Assembly (NCBI GenBank): GCA_016217965.1
Contig: JACRFI010000009.1
Location: 3,144-67,143 of the forward strand
Source of the DNA: Candidatus Kaiserbacteria bacterium
GTDB lineage: Bacteria > Patescibacteriota > Minisyncoccia > Phycocordibacterales > UBA2100
Length of the DNA stretch: 64,000 nucleotides
Direction: 5' to 3'
Shown: in pieces, positions 8,139 to 18,212 of the stretch
Position numbering within the stretch: the first letter of the stretch is position 1
Layout: each line of letters begins with the position of its first letter
Translations under genes and position numbers: made by a program
Notes under the pieces: generated by a model
What the model was told of the DNA's origin: nothing
The model's database searches: none
Seen by the model: only the letters and a program-made list of their open reading frames with translations

Positions 8139-9365
8139 ATGACCGAAAGCGAATGCCGCTCGTGCAAGGAAAAAGGGTTGCTCCCTATTCTCTCGCTCGG
8201 CCACATGCCGCTCGCGAATGCGCTCCAGACCGGTGCTGATCTTGAGCGAGAGGGGGAAATGTATCCATTAGACTTGGTGTTCTGCCCCGCCTGCACGCTT
8301 GTGCAAATAACCGAAACCGTGCCACCAGAGAAACTGTTCCGCGATTATCTTTATTTCTCTTCGTTTTCCGACACTATCCTTGAGAGTGCTCGCTCTCTTA
8401 CAACCCGCGTCATCGAGGGGAGGCATCTTACCAACGAGAGCCTTGTCGTTGAGATCGCAAGCAACGATGGGTATCTCCTCAAGAATTATCTCGCGCGCGG
8501 CATTCCATGCCTTGGCATCGAACCAGCGCAAAACATCGCTAATACGGCTACGGAGCGCGGGGTCCCGACGATCGCAGAATTCTTCAACGAGGAGTTGGCC
8601 ACGAGGCTCGCAGCTGAGGGAAAGCACGCAGACGTCATACACGCGAACAATGTCATCGCGCACGTCGCAGATCTGCATGGCGCCGTCGCAGGCATCGCAA
8701 AGCTTCTAAAACCGGATGGCGTTGCGATAATAGAAAACCATTATGTGAAGGACCTCATCGATCACACTGAGTTCGACTCCATCTATCACGAACACCTTTG
8801 TTATTACTCAGCGACGTCGTTCCAGAATTTATTCAAGCAGCACGGTCTTGTTCTTTCAGATGTGGAGCGCATCCCTCTCCACGGAGGATCGCTGCGCGCG
8901 TACTTTCAGAAAGACAGCAGCGCCCACGAGACTGATGGGGCACATGCCTTCTTAGCAGCAGAACAGGCATGGGGAGTTGGCGACTATTCTTTTTACCGAG
9001 ATTTCGGGACTAACGTGGATCACTTGCGAAGTGAATTGACATCCCTCCTCAGGAAGATCAAAGGAGAAGGCGGCACAATAGCAGTCTACGGAGCTTCGGC
9101 GAAGAGCACGACGCTCCTCAATTATTTCGGCATTGGAAATGAGACCATCGAATACGTCGTTGATCGCTCAAGCGCAAAACAAGGACTCTTCACTCCAGGA
9201 ACGCATCTGCCGATCTATGCGCCGGAAAAGCTCTTAGAGACACAGCCGAGCCACACGCTTCTTCTCTCGTGGAATTTCGAGAAAGAGATACTTGCGCAGC
9301 AACAGGAGTATCGTGTGCGCGGAGGACGTTTTATTATTCCAATACCAGAGGTGCGAATGCTCTAG
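8139..9365 (+). CDS. NDP-hexose C-methyltransferase
   Basis: CRSC/CPAC Zn motif, EIASNDG, FDSIYHEHLCYY, YGASAK, LLLSWNF. Confidence 0.9.
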   Translation: MTESECRSCKEKGLLPILSLGHMPLANALQTGADLEREGEMYPLDLVFCPACTLVQITETVPPEKLFRDYLYFSSFSDTILESARSLTTRVIEGRHLTNESLVVEIASNDGYLLKNYLARGIPCLGIEPAQNIANTATERGVPTIAEFFNEELATRLAAEGKHADVIHANNVIAHVADLHGAVAGIAKLLKPDGVAIIENHYVKDLIDHTEFDSIYHEHLCYYSATSFQNLFKQHGLVLSDVERIPLHGGSLRAYFQKDSSAHETDGAHAFLAAEQAWGVGDYSFYRDFGTNVDHLRSELTSLLRKIKGEGGTIAVYGASAKSTTLLNYFGIGNETIEYVVDRSSAKQGLFTPGTHLPIYAPEKLLETQPSHTLLLSWNFEKEILAQQQEYRVRGGRFIIPIPEVRML

Positions 9366-9370
9366 GAAAT

Positions 9371-9904
9371 ATGAAATACACAAAAACAAAAATACCAGGA
9401 GTTGTGGTCATGGAATTCGAGCCCTTGGAAGATGAGCGCGGCTACTTCGCCCGCACGTGGGACGAAAAAGAAGCTGGCGAACAAAGTATCCGCCTTGCAT
9501 CCGTCCAGTGCAATACATCAGTGAGCCTCAAGCGAGGAACCCTGCGCGGCCTGCATTACCAAGAAAAACCATTCGAAGAAGGAAAATTGGTGCGCTGCAT
9601 CAGAGGCGCGATATACGATGTCGCAGTAGACCTTCGACGTGACTCAGCTTCGTACCGGCAGTGGGTGTCTGTCGAATTGAAAGGAGGTGGAAACCGGATG
9701 CTCTATATCCCGGAGGGCTGCGCGCACGGATTCCAAACGCTTGCAGACGATACCGAGGTCCTGTATCAGATGGGCGAATATTTCCATCCTGAACTGGCGC
9801 GCGGCGTGCGCTTCGATGATCCCGCATTCAATATCGAATGGCCAGAAGTCGATGAACGCACCATGTCAGAGAAAGACCGCTCATACCCGGACTGGGTCGT
9901 ATGA
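9371..9904 (+). CDS. rmlC: NDP-4-keto-6-deoxyhexose 3,5-epimerase (RmlC family)
   Basis: DERGYF, GTLRGLHYQ, KLVRCIRGAIYDVAVDLR, IPEGCAHGFQTL. Confidence 0.88.
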   Translation: MKYTKTKIPGVVVMEFEPLEDERGYFARTWDEKEAGEQSIRLASVQCNTSVSLKRGTLRGLHYQEKPFEEGKLVRCIRGAIYDVAVDLRRDSASYRQWVSVELKGGGNRMLYIPEGCAHGFQTLADDTEVLYQMGEYFHPELARGVRFDDPAFNIEWPEVDERTMSEKDRSYPDWVV

Positions 9905-10818
9905 CGAAACGAGTCCTCGTGACCGGTGCCACTGGTTTCATCGGGCGCCACACACTCCAACCTCTTCTAGAGCGTGGATATGAAGTACACGCGGTATATC
10001 ATGCGCACGCCATAGAAAGCGATCCACAGATCGCATGGCACCGAGCTGACCTCTTGGATGCAAAAGACATCGAGCGCGTAGCTGCTGCAGTACAAGCGAC
10101 ACATCTCCTCCATTTTGCATGGATCGCGGCACCAGGGATCTACTGGACTTCTCCCGAGAATTTACTCTGGAAGGAGAGAACGCTTCTCCTACTTCGAGAG
10201 TTTGCGAAGAGCGGCGGCACGCGTGCAGTGATCGCGGGAACGTGTGCCGAGTATGACTGGACGATCTCACAAGATGTTTTAACCGAAAGCACTTCTCCTC
10301 TGCAACCCGCAACACCATATGGCATCTCAAAACACGAAGGGCGCCTCGCCACGGAATCGTACGCAGAAGGAAGCGGCCTCAGCCTTGCCTGGGGACGTAT
10401 CTTTTTTCTCTATGGCCCACATGAGGCAAAGACGCGCCTCGTTCCTTACATCATCACCTCCCTACTAAAAGACGAGGTTGCCGAATGCACTCCCGGAGAA
10501 CAGATCCGCGATTTCCTGCACGTGCAAGATGCTGCACACGCATTCGTATCACTCCTCGAAAGCAACGCCGAAGGTGCCGTGAACATTGGATCGGGAAAGC
10601 CAGTCGCAATCAAAGACATCATCGATGCCATCGCGCGGCAGCTTGGAAAAGAAGATCTTGTTCGTCTCGGCGCAAAACCGATTCCCCAAGGAGAGCCAGC
10701 GCGACTTGTTGCGGATATCACGCGGCTTTCGAAGGAAGTCGGCTGGTCACCAATACTCAACTTGCATGAAGGCCTCAAGGAAACTATTGCATGGTGGAAA
10801 CATCAGGGCAGCTCGTAG
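9901..10818 (+). CDS. NAD-dependent epimerase/reductase (CDP-sugar reductase-like)
   Basis: GATGFIG, GTCAEY, YGISK, RDFLHV. Confidence 0.88.
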   Translation: MTKRVLVTGATGFIGRHTLQPLLERGYEVHAVYHAHAIESDPQIAWHRADLLDAKDIERVAAAVQATHLLHFAWIAAPGIYWTSPENLLWKERTLLLLREFAKSGGTRAVIAGTCAEYDWTISQDVLTESTSPLQPATPYGISKHEGRLATESYAEGSGLSLAWGRIFFLYGPHEAKTRLVPYIITSLLKDEVAECTPGEQIRDFLHVQDAAHAFVSLLESNAEGAVNIGSGKPVAIKDIIDAIARQLGKEDLVRLGAKPIPQGEPARLVADITRLSKEVGWSPILNLHEGLKETIAWWKHQGSS

Positions 10819-12626
10819 AGTTTGATGTCTGTTGACGTCGCGATAATAGTGAGCGTTCGGAGCACCGAGAAATCTAATTCCGGCCGCTCACGCGTATCAT
10901 GTAACACATAGCGTACTCCCTGCTCTTTCAAAAAAGAGCTCACGGCAAGAGGAGAGGACGTGAATACACGATACTTCTCGCCAAGTTCTTCCAAAAATGC
11001 TGGGCGTGCTGCGAGCATATCCGGGTCATCGTACGGCATTCCCGCACGATACTTCCGCAGCGAGATGCCACTTTTATACCCCTCAAGCTCTCCATACATG
11101 TCCGTAATAAAAGAGGACGTGGTGGACGCGAGTGCCCCCGAAAGGTACGCGGCGGGATCTTGCCGCGCGTCTTTATGTAAATAAAGATATGTGAGAAGGA
11201 CATTCTCGTAATATTCCATCGAGACGAGGGAGGTAACCATGCCAGGCGTCCAAACAATATCATTATCCGTAAGTATGGTAACGAGAAGAGGATATGCGGC
11301 GCCACCTGGATCTCCCAAGACGACACCGTACGGGCGTTCATTCAGTGCTTGGAGAATGGGGGCGAAATCTTGCTCGCGCATTTTCCACTCGACAGTCGTG
11401 AAGAACGACCGGTATTGGCTTGCTGCTGCGTACAATAATGAGACGACAACGACACAACACAGGAACAGGTTTCGAAGCACGTTCCACTTCGGAGGAAATA
11501 AGTTCGCGGCCATATAGGTGCCAACTAGAATTGAGTTTGGCACGATAAAATACCAATAGAAGTGGCCATACTCCACTGTAACGCCTGTGATGACTTGCTG
11601 CTCAAGCGCAACCCAGCCAGTAAGAACGAGTGCGAACAGAAAGAAATTGTTGCGGTCGTCTCGTCTCAGATACAGGTAGAGTGCAAAAAAAAGCGAGAGG
11701 GCAATGCCGGTCTTACTCAATATAAGATCGTGGCTGCGATACGTGTGGAAAAAATACGTCAGCTGCTCCCCCATCTCTGATGTGTAGAACGAGAAAAGGC
11801 CATAGAGTTTGGGAGCACCTATCAACAATCCCGTTATCCCGATACAGAGGACAGCGGGAATTGCGTGCCATTTTCGAAAGATAAGCGCCGAAAGGAAAAG
11901 GGACCCAAGGAACGCGAGAGAGAAAGTCCACCCGTAGAACGCGATGTAAAAAAGGAGACCGAACAGAGCGCCCGCGGTTAGCGCATATGCGCACAGAGTG
12001 CGGGTGGGAGCAGCGGAAAGGGAGGCGAGAGATGCTCGATATGACAAAACCAACAATCCAAAGAAAGGAACAAGAATGGTGTACGGGTATATGGAACGGC
12101 CTAACAAATTAAAATGGGAGTGGATAAGCTCCCGCCCAGAAAGAAATGCGCCGATAATGGTCCCGTACTCGATAAGCATGTATGCGCCGCCCGCAAAAAG
12201 AGTTGCGCTCACCGAGAGCAATGGGTCACGCGAAAATCCGTAGAGGAAAAAATACATGAGAAGTAACAGCGCGAGAACGCCGATACTGTTGAGAATGTTG
12301 TAAACTGTCACTGGGTTAACGTTGTCTCCAAGACCAAAGAGGGCGCTAGGAAACAAGAGTATCTGCTCGATGTTCGTCTGAAAAGGATCGGGCTTCTCCT
12401 TCCCTTCCTTGAGGTGCGGAGCACCAAGTCCGTGCCCTTCGAGCACTTCCTTGGCACGAGTGAGGTAGTAGTGTTCGTCGTTCCCGTAGTGGGCTATGTT
12501 AATTCCTCTATACTGCTCGCCTGCATAAAATGGGAACACGATGAGGGGTCCCTCTATCAACAGTACGAGCACGACCAAAAGCCCGAGTACCCTCCAAGGG
12601 ATGTGCGCAAAAAATATTCGTATCAT
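10803..12626 (-). CDS. Multi-pass membrane protein, putative GT-C glycosyltransferase
   Basis: About 11 TM segments; 'NDEHYY' acidic loop after TM1; soluble C-terminal domain; follows a GT2 gene. Confidence 0.6.
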   Translation of the reverse strand: MIRIFFAHIPWRVLGLLVVLVLLIEGPLIVFPFYAGEQYRGINIAHYGNDEHYYLTRAKEVLEGHGLGAPHLKEGKEKPDPFQTNIEQILLFPSALFGLGDNVNPVTVYNILNSIGVLALLLLMYFFLYGFSRDPLLSVSATLFAGGAYMLIEYGTIIGAFLSGRELIHSHFNLLGRSIYPYTILVPFFGLLVLSYRASLASLSAAPTRTLCAYALTAGALFGLLFYIAFYGWTFSLAFLGSLFLSALIFRKWHAIPAVLCIGITGLLIGAPKLYGLFSFYTSEMGEQLTYFFHTYRSHDLILSKTGIALSLFFALYLYLRRDDRNNFFLFALVLTGWVALEQQVITGVTVEYGHFYWYFIVPNSILVGTYMAANLFPPKWNVLRNLFLCCVVVVSLLYAAASQYRSFFTTVEWKMREQDFAPILQALNERPYGVVLGDPGGAAYPLLVTILTDNDIVWTPGMVTSLVSMEYYENVLLTYLYLHKDARQDPAAYLSGALASTTSSFITDMYGELEGYKSGISLRKYRAGMPYDDPDMLAARPAFLEELGEKYRVFTSSPLAVSSFLKEQGVRYVLHDTRERPELDFSVLRTLTIIATSTDIKLYELP

Positions 12627-12630
12627 GCGC

Positions 12631-13323
12631 TCATTTTATGCCGAGCCTGTACAAGATCATATTCTTCAGAAACTCGAGCCCTGTCCATAGCCGCGCGCGG
12701 GTAAACCCGCTTTGCCTTGAGTACCATACAGTCTCCACTTCGTAGATAGGTATCCTGTATCGCACACTTTTGATGATGAACTCCGGCTCTAGGAACCAAT
12801 CGCGAGAAGTGAGCCTCAGTTTCTCAGCGGCCTGTTTTGTCATGAGGCGTGGCGTTCCGTTGATGTCGCGATAGGGACTTTGGAACAAAGTTTGGAATAT
12901 CACGTAATACGTTGTGCTCTGAATTAACCGGAACACCGATTCGTGACGGATATTCCTCACAGCTTTTGCGAGCTGAAAATTTCCCTCTTTCATCCCCCGA
13001 TACATGCGCACGATGTCATGCGGGTCGACTTGCCCATCAGCATGTGACCAGCCAAGCACCGTGGCATCTGCATTTTTCAGGCCCTCAAGGATTCCATTGC
13101 TATAGCCGATATTCTTATCCAATGTGATCGCGGTGATTCGAGGGTATTGCGCCGCAAGCCCCTTCAATACTTCACCTGAATTATCTCGCGAGCCATTGTC
13201 GACAATGCGTATCTCATAATCGATCCCTGAGGCGTCAAGTTCCGAGACCATCCGCACGGCAACGTCCCGCAAGTTCCTCCCTTCGTTGTACGCCGGCACG
13301 ACAATGGAGAGCTCCCGCGTCAT
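12631..13323 (-). CDS. GT2 glycosyltransferase (polyprenol-phosphate type)
   Basis: SIVVPAYNE, VDNGSRD, HADGQ. Confidence 0.88.
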   Translation of the reverse strand: MTRELSIVVPAYNEGRNLRDVAVRMVSELDASGIDYEIRIVDNGSRDNSGEVLKGLAAQYPRITAITLDKNIGYSNGILEGLKNADATVLGWSHADGQVDPHDIVRMYRGMKEGNFQLAKAVRNIRHESVFRLIQSTTYYVIFQTLFQSPYRDINGTPRLMTKQAAEKLRLTSRDWFLEPEFIIKSVRYRIPIYEVETVWYSRQSGFTRARLWTGLEFLKNMILYRLGIK

Positions 13324-13334
13324 ACAAATTACGC

Positions 13335-13377
13335 GAAGTATACCCCCACACCTTTTAGAATAAAAGGTGTGGGGGTA
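13335..13377. repeat. 43-bp palindromic repeat, copy A
   Basis: TACCCCCACACCTTTTA-GAA-TAAAAGGTGTGGGGGTA; identical to 45380-45422. Confidence 0.95.
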
Positions 13378-13408
13378 TATCCTACTCGCCTCGAATCTGA
13401 AACCGCGC

Positions 13409-14446
13409 TCACGCCCAATACAGGCTGTCCGTGAGCTTTCCTTTTTCCCGCAAATCTTTCAAGACCTTGAGCCTAATGTATTCTGAAGAGCGAAAATTTG
13501 TATCGGAAAAGCCGCATGAGCGTAGTTTTTCTGCTATCTCCTTCACCGCAGAGTGAAGCGTCTCTCGTGGCTGATGCATCGGCGCTAACCTTTTGAAAAG
13601 GCTAAAGTCTACGCGATACGAGCGCTTGTCAGGCGCTGCATTCTCATTAATGGAAAGCGTTGTATTCCCTATCTCTTGCTGCACGGCCGCAGCGAGCTGC
13701 CGCACTTGGTAGTTCCACTCGTCAGACCCAACGTTCAAGACAAGGAACGCTTCCCCTTTTTGCCTCAGAATAGCCCACTCGATAGCTCGCGCCATGTCCT
13801 TCACATGTATGAGTGGCCGCCAGGGCGTGCCGTCGGAGAGTATCTCGATGCGCCCCGTCGCCAGCGCCGAAGCAACAAAATCATTGAGAACGAGATCAAA
13901 CCGCATGCGCGGCGAGAAACCGCATGCAGTAGCGAATCGCAAGCAGGTCACGACAAACTCTTTATCCGCAATATTCTTGAGCTCTTTTTCTGCCTCAACT
14001 TTGGAACGCGCGTATGCCGTCAACGGATCGAGAGCGGATTCTTCGTTTTTTGCGCTTTCGCCACCGGCCCCATACACGGAACAGCTTGAAGCAAAAATGA
14101 ATTGCCGCACGCCCGCGCGCTTTGCCTCCTTTGCTAGCTGGACGCTTGCATCCGCGTTGATCTCTTTGGTTGGGCGCTCAAATTCCTTACCCATTGGATC
14201 ATTAGAGATGGCCGCCAATTGGACGACAACATCCACGCCTACGAGCGCTTCAGAGGAAATGCGGCGCACATCACCGATCTGTTGTTCGTCGATGCGTTCA
14301 TCAGGAAACTTCTCCCTATCAATAAGATTCTCCTTGAAAAATCCACTGTCGAATCCAATGAGTGTCGCGCCGCGAAACACGTCCCGAAGGTGCCGTACGA
14401 CAACAGGGCCTATATACCCAAGGTTCCCTGTTATCAAGATCTTCAT
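13409..14446 (-). CDS. NAD-dependent epimerase/dehydratase
   Basis: GNLGYIG, LAAISNDP, ASSCSVYG, YARSK. Confidence 0.88.
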   Translation of the reverse strand: MKILITGNLGYIGPVVVRHLRDVFRGATLIGFDSGFFKENLIDREKFPDERIDEQQIGDVRRISSEALVGVDVVVQLAAISNDPMGKEFERPTKEINADASVQLAKEAKRAGVRQFIFASSCSVYGAGGESAKNEESALDPLTAYARSKVEAEKELKNIADKEFVVTCLRFATACGFSPRMRFDLVLNDFVASALATGRIEILSDGTPWRPLIHVKDMARAIEWAILRQKGEAFLVLNVGSDEWNYQVRQLAAAVQQEIGNTTLSINENAAPDKRSYRVDFSLFKRLAPMHQPRETLHSAVKEIAEKLRSCGFSDTNFRSSEYIRLKVLKDLREKGKLTDSLYWA

Positions 14447-14450
14447 GGCA

Positions 14451-15287
14451 TCACTTCCAGACTTTCCACGGAGCTTTTCCGCTTTTCCACGCCTCATTCA
14501 AAACTTCGGTGTCTCGTATCGTGTCCATGCACTGCCAGTATCCTCTGTGCGGGAGCGCTGCAAGCTCCCCATCATCCGCAAGCTTCGTGAGGACATCTTT
14601 TTCAAATACGAGATCCTGTTTGTCCGGCATACGGCGAAAGATTCGGGAATCGATAACGAAATATCCTCCGTTGATAAGATGTTCGGTGCGATGCGCTATG
14701 GGGTCCGGTTTTTCGCGAAACGCCCTCACGTCGCCATTTTCGAACACCACCTCACCGAACCTGACAGGCGGATGCACGGCGGTCATAGTCGCAATGCGGC
14801 CCTTTTTTTTGTGAAAATCAAGCAAAGCACTGAGATCAATATTCCCGACGCCATCGCCATACGTGAGCATGAAGAAAGGCGCCTTCACTAACGCTTTTGC
14901 TTTTTTGAGGCGGCCCCCGGTCTGAGTATCGAGCCCGGTGTCGAGGCATGTTATCTCCCAATCCTCCGCAACCCCTTTTTGCTCCAGAGTGCTTCCCTTC
15001 CGCTTGTGCTTTAGCGTAAAATCATTCGCATACAACGGGTAATTACGTACGTACTCCTTAATTTTGTCGCCCTTGTACCCAAGCAGCAAAATGAATTTTC
15101 GAAATCCCTGCGCGTGATAGATCTTCATGATGTGCCACAGGATGGGTTTCCCTCCTACCGACACCATAGGCTTTGGTATCACTTCCGTCTCTTCCTTAAG
15201 GCGTGTTCCCCTCCCACCGCAAAATATGACGACAGGGATATCCCGTATCCGCCGATCGTTTGCGCCGCCTCTTTTCTGTTTCCGCAT
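14451..15287 (-). CDS. rfbF: Glucose-1-phosphate cytidylyltransferase
   Basis: CGGRGTRLKEET..PKPMV, ILWHIMKIY, TGGRLK, LTYGDGV, WQCMDT. Confidence 0.92.
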   Translation of the reverse strand: MRKQKRGGANDRRIRDIPVVIFCGGRGTRLKEETEVIPKPMVSVGGKPILWHIMKIYHAQGFRKFILLLGYKGDKIKEYVRNYPLYANDFTLKHKRKGSTLEQKGVAEDWEITCLDTGLDTQTGGRLKKAKALVKAPFFMLTYGDGVGNIDLSALLDFHKKKGRIATMTAVHPPVRFGEVVFENGDVRAFREKPDPIAHRTEHLINGGYFVIDSRIFRRMPDKQDLVFEKDVLTKLADDGELAALPHRGYWQCMDTIRDTEVLNEAWKSGKAPWKVWK

Positions 15288-15294
15288 GGCGCGA

Positions 15295-15402
15295 GTATAC
15301 CCCATGAGATATTAACTTGCATTGATAATGCGACACTTGAGATATCTGAGACCACGAAGTCTGTAAACGTCGTACACGTTCCAATTATCTCACGGGGTAT
15401 AC
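15295..15402. repeat. TACCCCRTGAGATA-family inverted-repeat element
   Basis: GTATACCCCATGAGATA / TATCTCACGGGGTATAC, 17-bp arms, 1 mismatch. Confidence 0.8.
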
Positions 15403-15408
15403 AGCGTT

Positions 15409-15882
15409 TTATGAATTTCCAGAATCGGATTGAAGATCGGTCGGATTCTCCGGCGTACGGAAGATGACAAAGTGATACACAAGGAAATTCTGGCACGCGA
15501 TGATGGCGGACGACAAGAGTTGCGCCACAACGGGCATAAGCCCTCCGAATTCAACCATCAGATACACTAAAAGAGTGTTTGTGCCCGCATTAATGATTAG
15601 GAGCACAAAATACATCGACATCTGGCGCGCAATGACATCGCGCCGCGTATCACGAAACGCCCAGAATTTTTGGAGCGTAAAACTGACGAAAAATCCCGCA
15701 AAAAATCCCAGGATGGAGCCCGTGATATACCACAAGCCAAAATAGCTAATAGAGGTGTGAAGAACTACGGCGCTCACCGCAGTCGCCATGCCTCCCGCAA
15801 ATACGAAGCGCGCGATGCGCCAAAAGAATTCGCTACTCAGTAGCGCCGAGAACATCCGCCGCGCACGTCCTAGTAAGTTCAT
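15409..15882 (-). CDS. GtrA-family flippase
   Basis: RFVFAGG, four TM segments, SFTLQKFWAF; start uncertain. Confidence 0.85.
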   Translation of the reverse strand: MNLLGRARRMFSALLSSEFFWRIARFVFAGGMATAVSAVVLHTSISYFGLWYITGSILGFFAGFFVSFTLQKFWAFRDTRRDVIARQMSMYFVLLIINAGTNTLLVYLMVEFGGLMPVVAQLLSSAIIACQNFLVYHFVIFRTPENPTDLQSDSGNS

Positions 15883-17470
15883 ACAATTTTAGATTCTTTC
15901 CAAGGCGCGATAGACGCCAGAAATCCACATGAAGATAGTGCCCAAGATTATACTCTACATCCGCATACGTTCCATCTGAGGAACCGCCCCGAAAACTGAT
16001 CGTCGGCTTGGGTGCACATGCCTCATCCGGCACCTTGTCCGTCACGAGGAGCACACGGCTATATTGAGAAAGGTCCACTGAACCTCTTTCACCTAATTTG
16101 GTAAGCACGGCAGAAGTGAAATCGGCATCTTCCACGGAAGCTCGCCAATACTGGCACTTACTCTCACACACTTCGTCGTGCAAGAGATTTGCCGTGCGTT
16201 TGTTGAGAGGCAGATCCAGTTCCACGACATCATTGATGATGAGAGCATCATCCTGATTGAAATCCTGCACAACATAACGCGCCGCTACATTATATGTAGT
16301 GGGAACGCTCAAAAGATACAATATATATACGAGTGCGATAGTTTGCACGCAGCAAAATCCCCAGAGCACCAAGCGCATCTTCGTAAAAGTGATGGATACA
16401 ATCGCGCCGGAAAAGAAGAACGCCAGAGGAAACAGATAGTGCAATACTCTGCCCGTATCGGAGACGTGCGGTACGACCATGGCTATCGTTAGAAAATAAA
16501 GGCTGGCATACCCGATGGAGAAAAAAAACAAACGTTTGTTTTCTATCGCGCGCGCCGCGGCGGCCATCGCAAGAACAAGGATAACAAGTGGAAATGCCAC
16601 GAACACTTGCTGGGCATGGAAGCCAAGCGACGTGAAAAACGAGAAAGTGTCAGCACCCGAAACTTCGCTACCCCAGCTCCGAAATATTTCGTTTGTGAGA
16701 GTAGAAACTACTAATGCGTATATGTTCTCAATATTGGCAGCCAAGACCGCCAGGAACAGTAGCCCGCCTCCCAATAGACCGGTGAGGAGAGCACGCTTTT
16801 GAAGCGCGTCATGCCGCGACGCAATGAAGAGGATCGGTATGTTAATAAGAAAAATGCCATAGAGCGGGAAATTCGCGAACGCGGCGAACGCAAGCACTAT
16901 CGCAAAGAATATCGGCCCGAATCTCGGCACAGGCACACTCTCAGCCGAGTGCTTCAGGGCAACATACGTACAGAGCGCAGAGGCTGCTGCCAGTGCTGTT
17001 GAAAGCACCCACATTTTCCCCGTATGGAGCGTTACCGTCGATACCACTGTGGCGAAGATAACGGAAAGCGATGCAAAACGATGTGCCACGGAGAGGCCCT
17101 CTGACCGGAGAAAACGATCATACAGAATGGCAATGCCCGTGGCGACGCAAGCGCTCAGAAGCCGTGGGACAAAATACGCCACTTCTGGGTGGATGATAAG
17201 ATACGTTTTAAGGTCAATTGCACTAAAGCCGTGCCAAACTAGCAGTATGAAAAGATATGGAAGCTGCAGAACATAATTCAGATAGAACGTGATCGTGCCA
17301 TACGGCAGATCTCCTGGAAGTGGAACGATGCTTTTCATCTCTATCGCGCGCAAAACACCGCCCACAAAATATTGCTCGTCGAAAACGACGCTGAGGAGTG
17401 GGAGGGCGTGCCATATACCAACAAAAGAGCAGATGACAAAAAAGGCGGGCACGAGGCGCAGATGCGACAT
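15833..17470 (-). CDS. Multi-pass membrane protein, putative GT-C glycosyltransferase
   Basis: 'FDEQYF' after TM1; many TM segments; lies between a GT2 gene and gtrA. Confidence 0.6.
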   Translation of the reverse strand: MSHLRLVPAFFVICSFVGIWHALPLLSVVFDEQYFVGGVLRAIEMKSIVPLPGDLPYGTITFYLNYVLQLPYLFILLVWHGFSAIDLKTYLIIHPEVAYFVPRLLSACVATGIAILYDRFLRSEGLSVAHRFASLSVIFATVVSTVTLHTGKMWVLSTALAAASALCTYVALKHSAESVPVPRFGPIFFAIVLAFAAFANFPLYGIFLINIPILFIASRHDALQKRALLTGLLGGGLLFLAVLAANIENIYALVVSTLTNEIFRSWGSEVSGADTFSFFTSLGFHAQQVFVAFPLVILVLAMAAAARAIENKRLFFFSIGYASLYFLTIAMVVPHVSDTGRVLHYLFPLAFFFSGAIVSITFTKMRLVLWGFCCVQTIALVYILYLLSVPTTYNVAARYVVQDFNQDDALIINDVVELDLPLNKRTANLLHDEVCESKCQYWRASVEDADFTSAVLTKLGERGSVDLSQYSRVLLVTDKVPDEACAPKPTISFRGGSSDGTYADVEYNLGHYLHVDFWRLSRLGKNLKLYELTRTCAADVLGATE

Positions 17471-17483
17471 GCGCACAATGGTA

Positions 17484-18212
17484 CTATATTCGAAAACCCA
17501 CGCGATACATGATGAGAGCGAAGAGAAACGCGACAATGGCCCGCACATTCACGAACGATGAGCGCCCTTTCTGCTTGAGGAACACACTCGGCACTTGTGC
17601 GACGCGGAAATTCTTGTAACACGCCTGAATTACCATCTCGGCATCAATGAACCAATCATCCGCTTCGAGCGTAAGGAGACTGAGCGCGTTACGAGTAAAT
17701 ATTTTTGGTTTGGCGTTTGCATCGTAAATCGTTACTCGAGGAAACAACACGCGCAACAACGTATTGTATATTCGCGAAATCAATATGCGCTCAAGGCCAT
17801 CGTGCCGCTTCACCCGGTACGTAAGCGCCATATCACTCGCATCTTCCATAAGCGCATCATAGACGCGCACAACATCTTGGATAGGATTCTGCCCATCGCC
17901 GTCGATGAACGCGATCGTTCTGCCCTCTGCTTCCTTAAGCCCCGTCTTCACATCCCATCCGAACATCCCTTTTTTCTCAAGCGTCACGGCGATTATGCGC
18001 TCCTCGCGCGAGGCAATGTCCCGAACGATGCCAGGCGTCGCATCACTCTCCTTTTCATCTGCATTGTAATTTCCCACAAGGACTAATCTGTAGGTAAGAT
18101 TTCTAGAGTCGAGACATTGCTTTGCCTGCTGCACAAATTCCCGCACTCGTTCACCGCCCTTATAACAGAGAATGACCAGCGTCAGGTCAACATCCTTTCC
18201 CCCTTCCGTCAT
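17484..18212 (-). CDS. GT2 glycosyltransferase (GtrB/DPM-like)
   Basis: FIDGDGQ, DANAKPK, DWFIDAE; paralogous in style to 12631-13323. Confidence 0.85.
   Translation of the reverse strand: MTEGGKDVDLTLVILCYKGGERVREFVQQAKQCLDSRNLTYRLVLVGNYNADEKESDATPGIVRDIASREERIIAVTLEKKGMFGWDVKTGLKEAEGRTIAFIDGDGQNPIQDVVRVYDALMEDASDMALTYRVKRHDGLERILISRIYNTLLRVLFPRVTIYDANAKPKIFTRNALSLLTLEADDWFIDAEMVIQACYKNFRVAQVPSVFLKQKGRSSFVNVRAIVAFLFALIMYRVGFRI

Noticed and set aside
13794-14891. 365-aa + strand ORF
   Set aside because: Antisense shadow of the epimerase and rfbF; no motifs
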